Positions 41,026-53,739 of a DNA stretch of 64,000 nucleotides are shown here, piece after piece (position 1 is the first letter of the stretch; each line of letters begins with the position of its first letter). Source of the stretch: the human T2T-CHM13v2.0 reference genome, Homo sapiens. The translations under genes were made by a program, and so were the position numbers. Under the pieces are notes generated by a model. It ran no database searches, had not been told where the DNA came from, and saw only the letters and a list, made by a program, of their open reading frames with translations. Where the stretch lies: the NCBI RefSeq assembly GCF_009914755.1, contig NC_060927.1, one strand, 5' to 3'.

Positions 41026-41589
41026 GCATTTTTATGCATTTTTTATTATGTTGTGCAATTGAATGTGTTGCTTAGGTGGCATTTTATAGACAACATTAAT
41101 AAGCAGAGGAAAAACATGTGATGCAAAAATGGGAGTACTAATTGCTAAGTCTAAAGAAACCAAAACTGATGACAAATCAAGGGAGAACTTGGGATAGTTC
41201 AGCTGTGCCACCAATTTGGAAGTTTTATTTGTGTTGTTTCCTTTGGTGTGGGAGCAAGAAGGGAAACTGTATTTTTATGAAAGCCTTTTATCAGAGAATA
41301 AGGGTGCACTTTTCTACAATGTTACAGTTATTTCAGCTTTGCCTGCTCACTTTGGACCCTTACACTAATGCTATGAGGCACCCTGTCTCTGAGAATTTGT
41401 TTTTTTCCTCTATGCTAGTCAGAAGACAAAAATGGGTTGAGTCTGGATTTCCACAAAGACTTATAGGCAAATGCATACTAGAGCTCCTAGTTCTATCCTT
41501 GTTTAGAAAGCAAAAATATATTTCTTTTCCTTAAACTTTTGGGAATAAAGAAATATCTGATGTTCCCGTGGTAATTTTATGTAATCTTG

Positions 41590-41750
41590 AATTAAATATA
41601 TATACACACACACACATATATATGTAATATAGTTAAATATATATCTATGTATTATATTATAATATATTAAATATAGGATATAGTTAAAATAACCTAAAAG
41701 ATAGTTTTATATTTGTTATTTTAATAATTCACATCCATTAGAATTAATAT
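41590..41750. repeat. AT-rich low-complexity region with (TA)n/(CA)n
   Basis: atatatatacacacacacacatatatatgtaatat...attatattataatatattaaatat. Confidence 0.85.
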
Positions 41751-41769
41751 TCTGTTTTAGAAGTCAGTT

Positions 41770-42055
41770 TGTTAGTCAGTAAGTCAAAAATATTTATTAA
41801 GGCTCTACTTACCGTGTGTCAGGCCATTCAACACAAATCAGAACTGTTCTGTGACCTAAGTCTAGACCAGGATGGTAACTGAGGAAGTAGTGAGAAGTGG
41901 TCAGTTGACAAATAATGAATGAATGGTTGGTGAATAAGTTAAAGAAGTTTACCCTCAAGAAACTCAAATTCTAGAAGGAGAGAGAAAGCCAGTAAATGGG
42001 TAAACAAGTTAATAAAGAAGACAATATGAGACTGAGAAGCTGTGTTCTGTGAGGG
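41770..42055 (-). mobile_element. L2 3' end interrupted by an 82-bp duplicated segment
   Basis: caaaaatatttattaaggctctact...tgtgtcaggc [insert] gtgaataag...ccctcaagaaactcaaattctag...gtaaacaag. Confidence 0.65.
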
Positions 42056-43014
42056 ACATTTTCTGTGCTGCGCCTGAACAGATTTTGAGCTTCCTGATGC
42101 CTGAGTGGCCATGCAAGGGAGACCTGTCTCAAGACAATATGCCGGCATCTGTGGTTCTGCCTCTATCAGGACTCATCAAGAATCTGCCAAAATGGAGATA
42201 CAATATCCACTTATGCATGTACAGTTCCACCTGAGGAAATGATGACCAAGTGTTGCTTTGTTTTTATTATAGGAATCTTGGAAAATCAGGACTCAGAGTT
42301 TCTTGCTTGGGTCTTGGTAAGTACTGAGGGTGTGACCTGGGGGTGGGCTGGAAGGTGGGAGACTGGGGAGGGCACCAGGGAGTGACTGTGGTCTAGGCCA
42401 GGACCTGGTCTCAGATGAGGAGGAGGCTTCCTGGCCAGTATTGCCCCACTTCTCCTTTGAGCCTTTCTCTTCCCATCATGACCCTCTCCCAGGGAGCCAC
42501 CGTGTTCATGATTCCTTATAGGGGCCCGTCGAGCATAAGGCAACCTGATGCTAAAGCACACCTCAGAGAAAGGGACTCATGCGTCACTCCCATTTAGCAA
42601 GCATGAAGGACTGCATGGCATGCATTTTATAGGTTCAGTTCACCACTCCCTCAATTCACCTGAATTTTTTCTATCTATCCTTGTTTTCCCTTTGCCTAAT
42701 TTCCTCACTTTTCTATATTATTATTATGCATTTTATATACTTTTATAATCTGCCTTAAATATTTGGGGGGGCAAGGTGAGATACACATAAACACATGTAC
42801 ATTAATATGCATTAATAAATAAAAAGTATTATTCCTCCCAGTCAATATTTGAAGAGGATTAAATAGAGATGGCAATTCTAACAGCATAAAGATGAATCTG
42901 AAGTCGTGGAATCTGACTGTGAGACTTGGGGAGGCTTGAGGCCTCCAGACATCCCTTAGGCCCAGGAAAAGGCAGCCTTGGCATTCCTGCCATTCAACAC
43001 CAATCAGAGCTGTT

Positions 43015-44930
43015 CTGTGACCTAAGTCTAGACCAGGATGGTAACTGAGGAAGTAGTGAGGAGTGGTCAGATTGTGGCTATGTTTTCAAGGTAAAACCTG
43101 AAAGATTTTCTGTTGGGTTCTATGTGGAAGATGACAGAAAAAAGTCAAGGATGACTCTAAGGATTTTTTGCCTGAGCAACAGACAGGATGAAGTATGAGT
43201 AAATGAGGTAGAAAAATGAGAGAGAAATTTAGGGAGATTAGGAGATTGATTTGGGACATACTAAGTTTGAGATATCGATTAGGCCTGCAATAAAAATTGT
43301 CAAGTATGCAAATAGACTTATGACTCCAATTTAGAAAGGAGAGCTAGATATATTAACTTGAGAGTCATCAGCAAGTAGATGCTGTTTAAGCCCGGATCCT
43401 GGATGAGAGCACTAAGGGTGTGCTTATAGACAGAATAGAAAACAGAGGCACATGGTCTAAGACCTAGGAAATCCAACATTAAGAAATCGAGAAAGTGAGG
43501 AGGAGCCAAAGAAAGCTGAAAATAAAGCAACCAGCGCAGCAGGAGAAAAATCAGAAAAAAAAATGGAGTCCTGGAATCCAGGTGAGCATTTCGAGGAGGA
43601 TGGAGTGACCAATCCCGTCAAGTGGTGCTCATGCATCAAGCAAGATGGGGACCAAGAATTGACCATCGGGTTCAGCAACATGGAGGTCATCAGTGACTTT
43701 TACAAGGTCTGTTTGGGTGGAATGGTAGAGTTTAAAGCATAATTGGAATGGTCCCCTGGGAGAATGGAAAGAGACAAGCTGAAGGCTACTCTTTTGGATG
43801 ATGATTGCTATAAAGAAAAGCAGAGAAATGGAGTGGCACTGAGCAGACAAGTGGGATCAGAGAGGTTGCTTTTGCACGTGGAAGAAATGACCACATATTT
43901 ATACACTTATGGGGAAATCCTTTTGAGAGGAAAAAATGATGCGGAAAAAGGAGAGAGAAGAATATCTGGAATGATTTCTTGAGGACGTGAGAAGCACACA
44001 AGGAGACAGTACATGAAAGAAGCAGAGTACATGGGCTTTGAGGCTAGTAGGGCGATTGATGGGGTGGTGGAGGGGGAGGTATTTTGTCAAAGTTCTCTTC
44101 TATTGCTTTTATATTCTCAGTGGGAATCAGAAGCAAAATCATCAGCTGTTAGTGAGGATGAGAAGGAAGTGTTAGAAGTTTGGAGAGAAGACATGCGGGA
44201 CAGAAGAGTGAATTGACCAGGGCTAGGCCACACAGTGACAAGATAGCATTAAGGATCAGCTTAAGATCAGTATGATTAAATTTGAAGTGAGACCATGTCC
44301 ATAGTTATGTGTTTTTCTTCTAGACATGTTCAGCTTTGCAAGTTCAGGTGGGTTTTTGTTTTTTTACATAAGATGATAAAAAGAGGGCAAAGATGCTGAG
44401 GGCTTGTGTTGGGCAGTTATTTTAATGGTGGAGTTGGCATTTAAACTGAGTAGAAAGGAAAATGAGGACAGAGTCAGGAAAATGAGCCAGGAGCTAAAAT
44501 GAGGGAGCTGAGGGACTGTGAAAACTGGATAGGATCAGTAAAGTATATATCCCAGAGGGACTAAAGAATTGTTGAAGCAAAAACATTAGAGACAGTGGTT
44601 GGAAGGATAGAAAGTGGTTGAAAAGGGAAACATTTGAAATTGGGGTTACAGAGGGGTTCAGTTATTGTTAGTGACATAGTCTATGGTGTGTCCATTGGGA
44701 GAGAATGGTGGAGATTGTATCGAAGACAAGATCAGTGAAGGAGAGAAGGTTAAGAAACTTGGAGGTGAAGGTGCAGGGAAGATCATCTTTGGGGTCACTG
44801 AACTCACTAAAAAGTACAGCAAAACTAACATTGGAGAGTGGCAGTGAGAAGTGAGCTAAAATTTTCAAAGAATGAGAGGGAGTGACCAGGGTGGGTCAGC
44901 AACTACAACATGAGGGTCCTGATGATGTGT
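43015..44930 (-). mobile_element. Long L2 remnant spanning endonuclease- and RT-coding regions
   Basis: Minus-strand translations YHSTQTDLVKVTDDLHVAEPDGQFLVPILLD (L2 RT-like) and DDLPCTFTSKFLNLLSFTDLVF (L2 APE endonuclease-like); multiple stops and frameshifts. Confidence 0.9.
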
Positions 44931-46299
44931 GAGACTCAGAGCTGGCATGTGTGAAGGGGTATTTCAAAGATACTGAAAGCCATCAATGTCTGAGTTTTTC
45001 TGATTCTTCCTAATAATCTGACTTGGGAGGTGAAGGCAGTATTGTTCACCATAAGTCTAAGGTAATTTGACATTTGCTTAATTTATGGCTCTGATATTGT
45101 TACTATTTACTCATATTTGAAAGACCCTGGAGATTCATTACCAGGGACACTCTGACCTTAGTTTTTTTTTAAGTATATCTTTACAGTAAATAACTATTCG
45201 GTATTCATTATTGAAAGGAACTACCTATTAATGTAAAGTAAGAAATATATGTAGTGAAAAAGCATTGCCCAACTATTTACAAGCTTGTGTCTACGGTGGA
45301 AAATAGTTTAGTCAATAAGTACACAGAAAACTCAGCTGAAAGCCCTTAAGACAATAACAAATTCAGGTGCCCATGCAATCCCAGTCTCCAGAGGCCAGTC
45401 TCCAGTTTTTGTTGATTTTTGTTTTCTTTAAAACTGCAGACTGTGTATGAGGTGCAGGCATTTTAGTGAACTTTGAAACAGGCTTGATTCAGGAGCAGCA
45501 AGTTCTATTTGAGCTTCAAGTTTTTTCAAGAGCCTGAACACTTGTAATAAGACACTGCATGAAAAATAAGAGGAAACAAGGAAGTTCATAGGGCTGACTT
45601 GCTTCATTCAAAACAGTTAACTAAGCTTGACAACTTGAATAAGCACTCTTTCAGAACTTTTTTGAACTGCCTCTATAAGCCAGAGGAGACAAGAAATTCA
45701 TAGAAAGAAATAATGCACCAGCCTTAGATAATTTGTCAGGCTCTGCAGACCCCAGCTGTCAAATCCAAATGGAGCTGGGTTTACTGCTGCAGGCTTAGGA
45801 TGTCAGCTCAGTCACGACCTACGTTCAACTGAGGCCTTAGAAATTAAGTAGTAAAACTGCCAGGAAATCAGAAAGCTACAGATTCTTTTCTTGAAATACT
45901 CTAAAAGTGATAGTTAAAGCTAACAATTCTGACTTTCTTCTCTACCAGAGAAGGGGCAGCCGGAAATTCCTTGCCCTGACAATTTTCCTTTTGGTGAACT
46001 AAGAGCAAATGTGTAAATGGGAGTAGAAAGGTGAAGTAACTTGAGAGTGAACTGATGGTACATCCGAAAGAACACAGCCCTGCCAAGGAGAGAAATGGGA
46101 AAAAATATTAATATTATGTGGCCAATCCTACCTGTGGGTTGCTGTGGCTTGCCTGTTCTGTAAATATACTGCCCATTATTGTCAAGACTTGAAGTCAAAA
46201 AACTCATGGGAAAGGAATAAACTCAGAGTGACCAAACTCACCCCGATCTGATAGGAGGTGGAACTGCCTTATGAGAGAAAAATGGTAGAATTTACGTTA

Positions 46300-46790
46300 A
46301 TTCACTCATTCATTTATTCATCTTAAGCAAACATTTATGAAGCCAGACATTGGTTACAGAAGATACGAGGACAAGAGCATGGAGCCTGCCCTCAAATTTA
46401 TCATAGTGCAGTGGGAGTTAGGCTTGCAAAAAAACAAACTGATAATGTATCTGACAGATGCCGTAATGGAGAGTACAGGGCAAGTGAAGCGTGAAGAAGG
46501 TCTCCTGGGGGATTTGGGATAGCTTGATGGGGGAACAAGGGTTGCCACTTGGCTTGACACTTGAAGAGAGAAGTCAAGTGGAGAGGGAGGGCAAGAGGTT
46601 TAAGACAGGAAGCAATGCAAGCAACGGCGACTCCAGAGGGAGACTCCACCGAGGGGAGGTACTTGGGGAAATGGGTCACATGTATAGAATATTATGAGTA
46701 CAAGGTATTGGGGAACAGCAAGAAATGAGCCTGGAAAGAAAGCTAGGTTTGATTATAAGAACCCTTGTTTGCCTTGCTAAGCCATTTAGC
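46300..46790 (-). mobile_element. L2 3' end
   Basis: ttcactcattcatttattc...caaacatttatgaagccagac...cctgccctcaa...gattataagaacccttgtttgccttgctaag. Confidence 0.75.
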
Positions 46791-46961
46791 TCTTGTCTTC
46801 TATGTCTCTGGAATTCCTTCAAATCCAAAGGTCCCCAGGTCTCAACAAACACTTCAGGGACAAGGAGGAGCAAAGGCTCCATCTCTCTCCACTCTCTTCC
46901 TTCCACCTGCCACAGCTTCCATCAAAGCAGCCCACTTTTTCTGCATATTATTATTATTATT

Positions 46962-47490
46962 TTAAAAAAATAGACTATGTTTTAATGCAGTTTTAAGTTC
47001 ACTACAAAACTGAGCAAAAAGCACAAGGAGTTCCCATACACCCCTATCCCTACACATGCATAACCTCCCTCGTTATCAGCATCCTTCACCAGAGTGGCAC
47101 ATTTGTTACCTCTGATGAACCTACAGTGCCACAACATTATCAACCAAAGTCCATAGTTTACATTAGGGTTCACTATTGGTGTTGTACACTCTATGGGTTT
47201 TGACAAATATATAATGACTTGTATCTACCATTATAGTATCATACAGAATAGTTTCACTGCTCTAAAAAATCCTCTGTCTTGCCTATTCATCCCTCCCTCT
47301 CCTCTAACTCCTGGAAATCACTGTCTTTTTACTGTCTGCATAGTTTTGCCTTTTCCAGAATGTCATATAGTTGAATCATATAGTATGTAGCCTATTCACA
47401 TTGGCTTCTTTCACTTAGTAATATACATTTAAGTTTCTTCCATGTCTTTTCATAGTTTGATAGTTCATTTCTTTTTAGTGCTTCATACTA
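46962..47490 (-). mobile_element. L1MC1/2-like 3' end
   Basis: gcagttttaagttcactacaaaactgagc...ccagagtggcacatttgttac...ccaaagtccatagtttacattagggttcact...ccagaatgtcatatagttgaatcata. Confidence 0.9.
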
Positions 47491-47539
47491 CATTTTGGAA
47501 AAAAAATTCATCCTATGCCAAAAACAGTTATCAAAACCT

Positions 47540-48205
47540 TGCTCAAGCTTGTGATAAGCCATTGAAAACCTTGGGTCAGGAATAAGACATGATCAAAGGT
47601 ATTAGAAGCAACATGAAGGCTATAATAGAGGGAACAGGGTTGAGGCTGGAGGCAGGGAAATTAATTAGGAGTTGATGATGAGGCAGTGGTATGAAAGATG
47701 TAGAGGAAGGAGGTGATTAGGAGAAAGAATGAGTAGGGCTGGTGATCTCTGGATACAGAATAGGAGGTCTTCCTGAGTGCAGGAAGATGCCCAGACTCCT
47801 GGATTGGGCATGGGGGTGGATGAGCTGAAATCTCAGAGACAGGAGACACAGGAGGGAGCTGTGAGGGCAGACAGCACTGTTGGGGAGTGGTGACCAAAGA
47901 GCTTGTGACCTCCCAGCTTCAGATATCTAGAGAACAAGGGGAACTCTGTGGAGATCTCTAGGCTGGAAATACAGACCCAGGAACTTCTCACAGTGATGAC
48001 CCTATGATTGTCATTGAGATCACCTGGAAACACAGAAGACTGAGGTGTTTGGACAGGTTTAGGACATCTGGCTCATGGTGTCTGCCTGAGTGTATGCTCC
48101 CTGAGAGCAGGGACTGCCTATTTTTCTACACTCCTATTGCACTTTAGCAGATCACAGTATCTGGCTAGTAGCAGGTATTCAAAATATTTTTGAGTGAATG
48201 ACTGG
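47540..48205. mobile_element. L2 fragments (minus-strand continuation plus a short plus-strand 3' end)
   Basis: aagccattgaaaacc...gacatgatcaaa...ggctggaggcaggg...; tatgctccctgagagcagggactg...gtagcaggtattcaaaatatttttgagtgaatga. Confidence 0.65.
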
Positions 48206-48709
48206 AGAGATGATCAATTGCTAAGAAATGACAAAAGGTCCACTGAATAATAGCAAGGATGCAGCTGAAGTCAGAAATCATGAATTGCTGAGGCCCAGCC
48301 CAGTTCTTTGACTTCCTCCAGTGGTATATCAATGAAGAGACAGAATTGTGGGGTAGGGAGTGGAGATAGAGAGAGGCCCAGCATCAGGGATTGTCCTAAA
48401 AGAGCGTTGGAGACCGGGGAACCTACCACATACACAGGTGATATGGGGTCTAGGCTGGGTTTAGACCCAGAGCTGTTTCATCAGGGCTCTTGCTTCTACA
48501 GTTAGAAAGGAGCATCTGCCCACACTGACTTGCTCCAAAAGTCTCACATTAGGAGCAGTAGGCCGGTCTGATTCATTCCATGGGAGGTAACACACCACAA
48601 TGTCCAGCTCACCTGTGTGTGCTTGAAAGGGGCTGACTTTACCTTCCAACATTCACTCTGGAATGGGCATGCTTCCCAGCAGGCAAGATGTCTGCAAGAA
48701 AAAAGGCAC

Positions 48710-49142
48710 ATCATGGTTAATTTGATGTGTCAACTTGACTGAGCCATGGAATGTCCAGATATTTAGTCACATTTTATTTTGGGTGCACCTACGAGGGTGT
48801 TTTGGAATGAGATTAACATTTGAACTTACAGACTGAGTAAAGCCGATTGCCCTCCCTAATGTGGGTAGCACTTTCCCAATCAGTTGAAGGCCTGAATAAA
48901 ACAAAAATACTTGCCCTCCTGTGAATAAGAGGGAATTCCTGCCTGACCATTTCAAACTGGGACATTGATCTTTTCTTGCCTTCAGACTCAAACTGAAACA
49001 TCAGCCTTCTTGGATCTTGAAGGCTGCCAGCTTTCGGAGTAGAACTATACCATTAACTCCTTTGAGTCTCTAACTTGCCAACTGCAGATCTTGGGATTTC
49101 TTGGCCTCCATAATCACATGAGCCAATTCCTTATAATTCCTC

Positions 49143-49196
<54 letters not shown>

Positions 49197-49228
49197 ATTG
49201 GTTCTGTTTCTCTGGAGAACCCTGAGGA
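48710..49228 (+). mobile_element. MLT2-type (ERVL) LTR
   Basis: atggttaatttgatgtgtcaacttgactgagcca...gagattaacatttgaa...gattgccctccctaatgtggg...ccataatcacatgagccaattcctta...cctattggttctgtttctctggagaaccctga. Confidence 0.9.
49146..49193. repeat. Perfect (AC)24 microsatellite inside the MLT2 LTR
   Basis: 48 nt of uninterrupted AC repeats. Confidence 0.97.
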
Positions 49229-49694
49229 GAGATTTTGTTGATTTTTTTTTCAAAACATCATGCAAGTGTATGTGGCCAACCAGAGTTAAGTATTTGTAAG
49301 TGATATAGGTAGGAAGATATGGAAAACCTAAGTAAGGAGTAATGTGGTCACTTGCTCATTTTTCAGCTGAGCACATATTAAACCTAATGTAAAATACCGT
49401 CATCCAAATGGAGCTTTCCTGGGCTGTTCGCAGGTCAAGAGGACAATTTATGCAGCCCTGTCAGATAGGGTTTGATCTGGACCTAAGCAGTGAAGGAGAG
49501 AAAGAACACCCCCATACCTTTGGGTCCCTGTTTCACACATCCTCAAGACTTTAATTCCTAGGGAATGCAAACTGATTCCAAGGAAATGTTCTGTGTCCTT
49601 TTAGGCAGCTGCTTCATGCTTCGTCCTTGAAGAAATAAAGTCATAAAGTAAAATACTTCTTAACACCTTGGAGGACTTATATGAGTCTCTCAAA

Positions 49695-49862
49695 AGGTGT
49701 TTCTTCTCAACTCTGGCTGCACATTGAAGTTACCTGTTTAATTTAAAATTCAGATAATCTCATCTCAACCTAGACCTTTTCAATGAGGAGCTCCACATGC
49801 ATGTGTTTTTCAAATGCTGCCCTGACGGTTCTGAAGGAAGTATCAGGGTTGGAATACATTGT
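49695..49862. mobile_element. MER5-family remnant
   Basis: ttctcaactctggctgcacattgaagttacctg...gttttcaaatgctgccctgacggttctga...cagggttggaatacattg. Confidence 0.6.
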
Positions 49863-52299
49863 CTTATCTGGATGGATTAAGATAGAAAAATGTGTGAACT
49901 GATATCTAGTGTACCCAGTGCCAGCAGCCATGATTCTTATCTACATGGCAGCAGCCGCCCGCAGATCTAGGCCTGGGAGCTGGCCTGAGGCATTTCCAAC
50001 TGGACTGGAAAGCCTCCAAAGAGGAGAATCTGCCCTGCTTAGGGCTGGCCTCAGGGCAGGTGGGGTGAGCTGGCTTCCCTGCCATTCGACTCCTGCCATC
50101 TGGGTGCCAGTCTTGCCTTATGCCCCTCCCTAACCAAGAGAACTTTCTAGAGCAAAAGCAGTGAATCTTAAGAATAAACTGTGTGGGCTTCTTTTTAATG
50201 CATTCATATGTGCAGAATGTAGTCCTGGCTCATCTCCGTCTGCCTTAGTGATGCTCTCACTGCACTAAATATTTTGACACTAGGAGAACACGACATTAAA
50301 TATTTAACATGGATGGTATTATTTTTATGACACCCTTCATGATTCCCATTCTTGTTGTTTAGGCCGATATAAACTAGCTAGCTCACCTATTATAACAACA
50401 TAAGAGCAGCAATAATAAATATTATGAAGTGCCTCCTGGGACACTTGAGAGGTAGTTTTAAAATGCAAGCTTTCCCTGAAAGAGTTTACCAATTTTTCTG
50501 CATAACACAAACAGAGTGAACTATCGTAACTCCGAAATACCCATAGAGTTTAAATGGTGTATGAATATTAAACATACAAGAGTGTTTTAGGCATGTCACT
50601 CTTTCTGGAAAGTCTAACTTGAATAAATGTCATGATGCATACATATTAAAAATGAGCAGACCTTTGTATTTTTCCAAAATTGTCTAAAAATATTTCTTCC
50701 TAGTTTCCTACTTTTATGGATAAAATCCTTCTTAAGAATTGCTGACAAAAAGAAAGAAAGAAAGAATTGCTGACAAGTGGTTGCCTTCTGAATCAGCAGG
50801 GACTGCTGGCCACATGGCTTTGCCTCTGCTCCCAGGAGTCTATTAGGAGTGATGATATAGCTTAGGTAGGAGTGTGGCAACCTAATATTTCACACGCTGT
50901 CAGAGTTGAGGCTTAGGGGAGAACTCGAGGAGAGAAAATAGAAGGGTCTGTACACAGAGGGGTTTATTCAACAATCTGGGCATGCAAACAACCCATGTGC
51001 ATGCATGCACGCACACACCTCATCTCTCTCCATGCAGCCACAAAGGGATAAGTAGCCCTCATTTGCCAACCTATGATTCAAAAATGAAACAAGTGGCTTC
51101 AAAACCATTAGTAATGGGGGACAAAAGGTCCTCTCTAGGCCCAGATCTGGGCAATTTGCTGAAATTCATCATTTATAAAGACGATCTCACTAAACATCAT
51201 TACAGCCATGAGATGGAGAATTAGTCCTTGCAGCCACCAGCTCCATTGTGAGAAAACAGGGTCAGGGAGAGGCGATATGTCTTGTTCAAGGCCAGTGTTA
51301 GAGACAGCAGACTCACCCATTTTCTATCCCTCCCTGCTCCACTAGCAGCCTCGTCCCTTATGGCCCATCTACTTCCAGCCTCCAAGCACACACAGCCACT
51401 GCTGTCACCCACATCTCTTCATGTCCCAAACTTCCGCTTCCTCCTTGAAATGAGAATGGCTGCACCAAATGTGTAGGGCCCCTTGCGTCTCTCACATTCA
51501 GGCAGTAGTCAGGTGATGTCATGATTAGGTTCGGCATGACTCTGGGTTGGCAGCTTGGTGAAAATGTCTTTACTTTGGACTAGAAAATGTCAGAACCTGA
51601 ATGACTCCTGACATCCATCTCCAGAGTTAGGGTAGACAATGACTTATGAACGCTCCACAGACAGAATGGGGACCGGAATCCATGTCTCTTGGCCCACGAT
51701 CAGGTGTGCTTTCCCCATGAGAAATTTCAAAGTAAGGATGCAATTGAGTGCAGGCATTTTGGTTTTTGTGTGGATACCATCAATGAAGCTCCTAGTGCCT
51801 GCCTTTCCCTCCTTTGCACACTGCCCTAAAGGCTTCACGAGGTCCCCATAGTTCCTGTACTCTAAGCAGCAGCCTGACTAAGGCACATCTTGTGTATATA
51901 CAAGTCTATTCATGTTGTTTACCTCGGGTTTGCCTGTGCATTCTACATTTATATAAAGATTATTTTTCTAAACTCTGTGCAGCATAAAAACCCAAATGAA
52001 ATTTTTGTAATTTCAATCAATAATGCAATTAAGCTTATCTAACAGTAAGGCAAAAAATAGAGAATCATTTGAATCCTGTCTGCCAGTGGAGTGGGGCTGT
52101 GCTGTGTCTGTGCCTGCCTCTGGTATGCCCAGGTGAGGAGAGCACAGGGCTGCAGGCAGTCATCTCTGAAAGTGCAGTGTACGTGGCTGAATGACCCTCC
52201 AGGGGCCAATGCACCGAGGATGACTGTGCAGACATTCATAGGAATGCCTTAAGGGCCTCAGCTGAATGAAGAAGAAATAAAGTCTCAGTTCTTTTCAGG

Positions 52300-52772
52300 C
52301 GTATTGAGTATGAATGAATCAGAAACCTTCCACAGTAAGCCAACAGAAAACCCAGCTCAAAGCAAGCCAAGACGTCAGCTCTAGCAAAAACACAAATTTC
52401 TAGGCCCACATGAAAGAATTTCTAGGCTCACCTGGACAGTGGACCCATATGGGTTTATCTGGGGATCAAACTGTGAATTCTGTGAGCTGCAGGTTTGTTC
52501 TATTCTCAAGCTGTCCTGAAATAGGCAAGAGGACTGCAGAAGCTTCATGCCTCACATCCCATTGGCTCTGGTTGGTTTATGTATCCATCCCTGAGCCAAT
52601 CATCAAAGACTTCAGTCTCTCAAGACCCACCCTGACACTGGGGAAGGGTACTTTAAATCCATCCAAACTGCATTCTGGGAGTAGGGAAGTGATTCATTCT
52701 CAAAAGAAAATTAAAGAACTCTTAGCTAAAGAGGGGAAATAGTGGCTGAGGTAATAAGCAGATGACCACCAT
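52300..52772 (-). mobile_element. MLT1-type (MaLR) LTR remnant
   Basis: aacagaaaacccagctcaaagc...cccattggctctggttggtttatgtatccatccctgagccaatca...ttctcaaaagaaaatt...gaggggaaatagtggctgagg. Confidence 0.7.
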
Positions 52773-53739
52773 GAATAGTTAAGAAGAAAACATATTCCTG
52801 GATCTGGGATGCCTTCCCCTACTTATTTGGCTTATCTGAGCCCTTTCTATGTCATTGGTAGCCATAGTTGAAAACTGAAATTCTCCCAGCTTTTTCTATG
52901 GCATGAGGTATGCTCAGAGTTTTGTGAGTCAATTCAATTTGCCTAATTGACGAAATTTTCCATTGCAGGGTAAATATACAGCTTTGCCTTCTTGATATAC
53001 TCTCTCGTTTCTATGTTTTTAATAATCTCAAAGGATTAGTGAGACCTAAGGCTCATTTACAAATAAAAGCTTCATCCTAACACCTGGATGATGAAAATAT
53101 GCAAAGAAGGACCTCCATGAGAGAGAAGCAGAAAATACCATCAATACTCATTTCATATCTGACAACTAATTACAATTAGAGGAAAAAGAGGCTACCAACA
53201 CATAATTATAGGAAATGGGTGATGAGGTAATGAGCAATGGCTAAATTGGAGCTGACGGTCTAACCATGAGGATTTCTTTAGCTGAAAAGAAGGAAGCAGG
53301 ACCTGATTTGGTTCTGTGCCTGGAATTAGCTTCATTTTTCTTCATAGTCTCTTACTTTGCCTCCCTTCCCATATCTCCACCTTATGCTTGACAATAGCCT
53401 TTCCTTTGGCCCTTGCTGAGCTGTTTCTTTTGGCAGCAATGTCTGTAACTGCTCTCTGAAGAATAGAGGACACAGGACTGGTCCTGAGACATGTTGCTAC
53501 AGGTGACCTTCTGTCTGACTTCGTTACCTACCCCCACCATTCTCAGGGCAAAAGAGAGGAGCACAGCAGTCCCCCTCCTTTTCAGTGCCTTCCAGGGAGG
53601 ACTGGTTGGCTGTCCTGGCCCTGCTGATGGATTTGCTGCCTCGGATGTTGCCTGCGTCTCAGTTTGTGAACTCTTAGACACTGCGACTGACTCGGTCATC
53701 CCTGTAAAGCACGGCCAGGCACTTTTTCTGTCATTTTTT

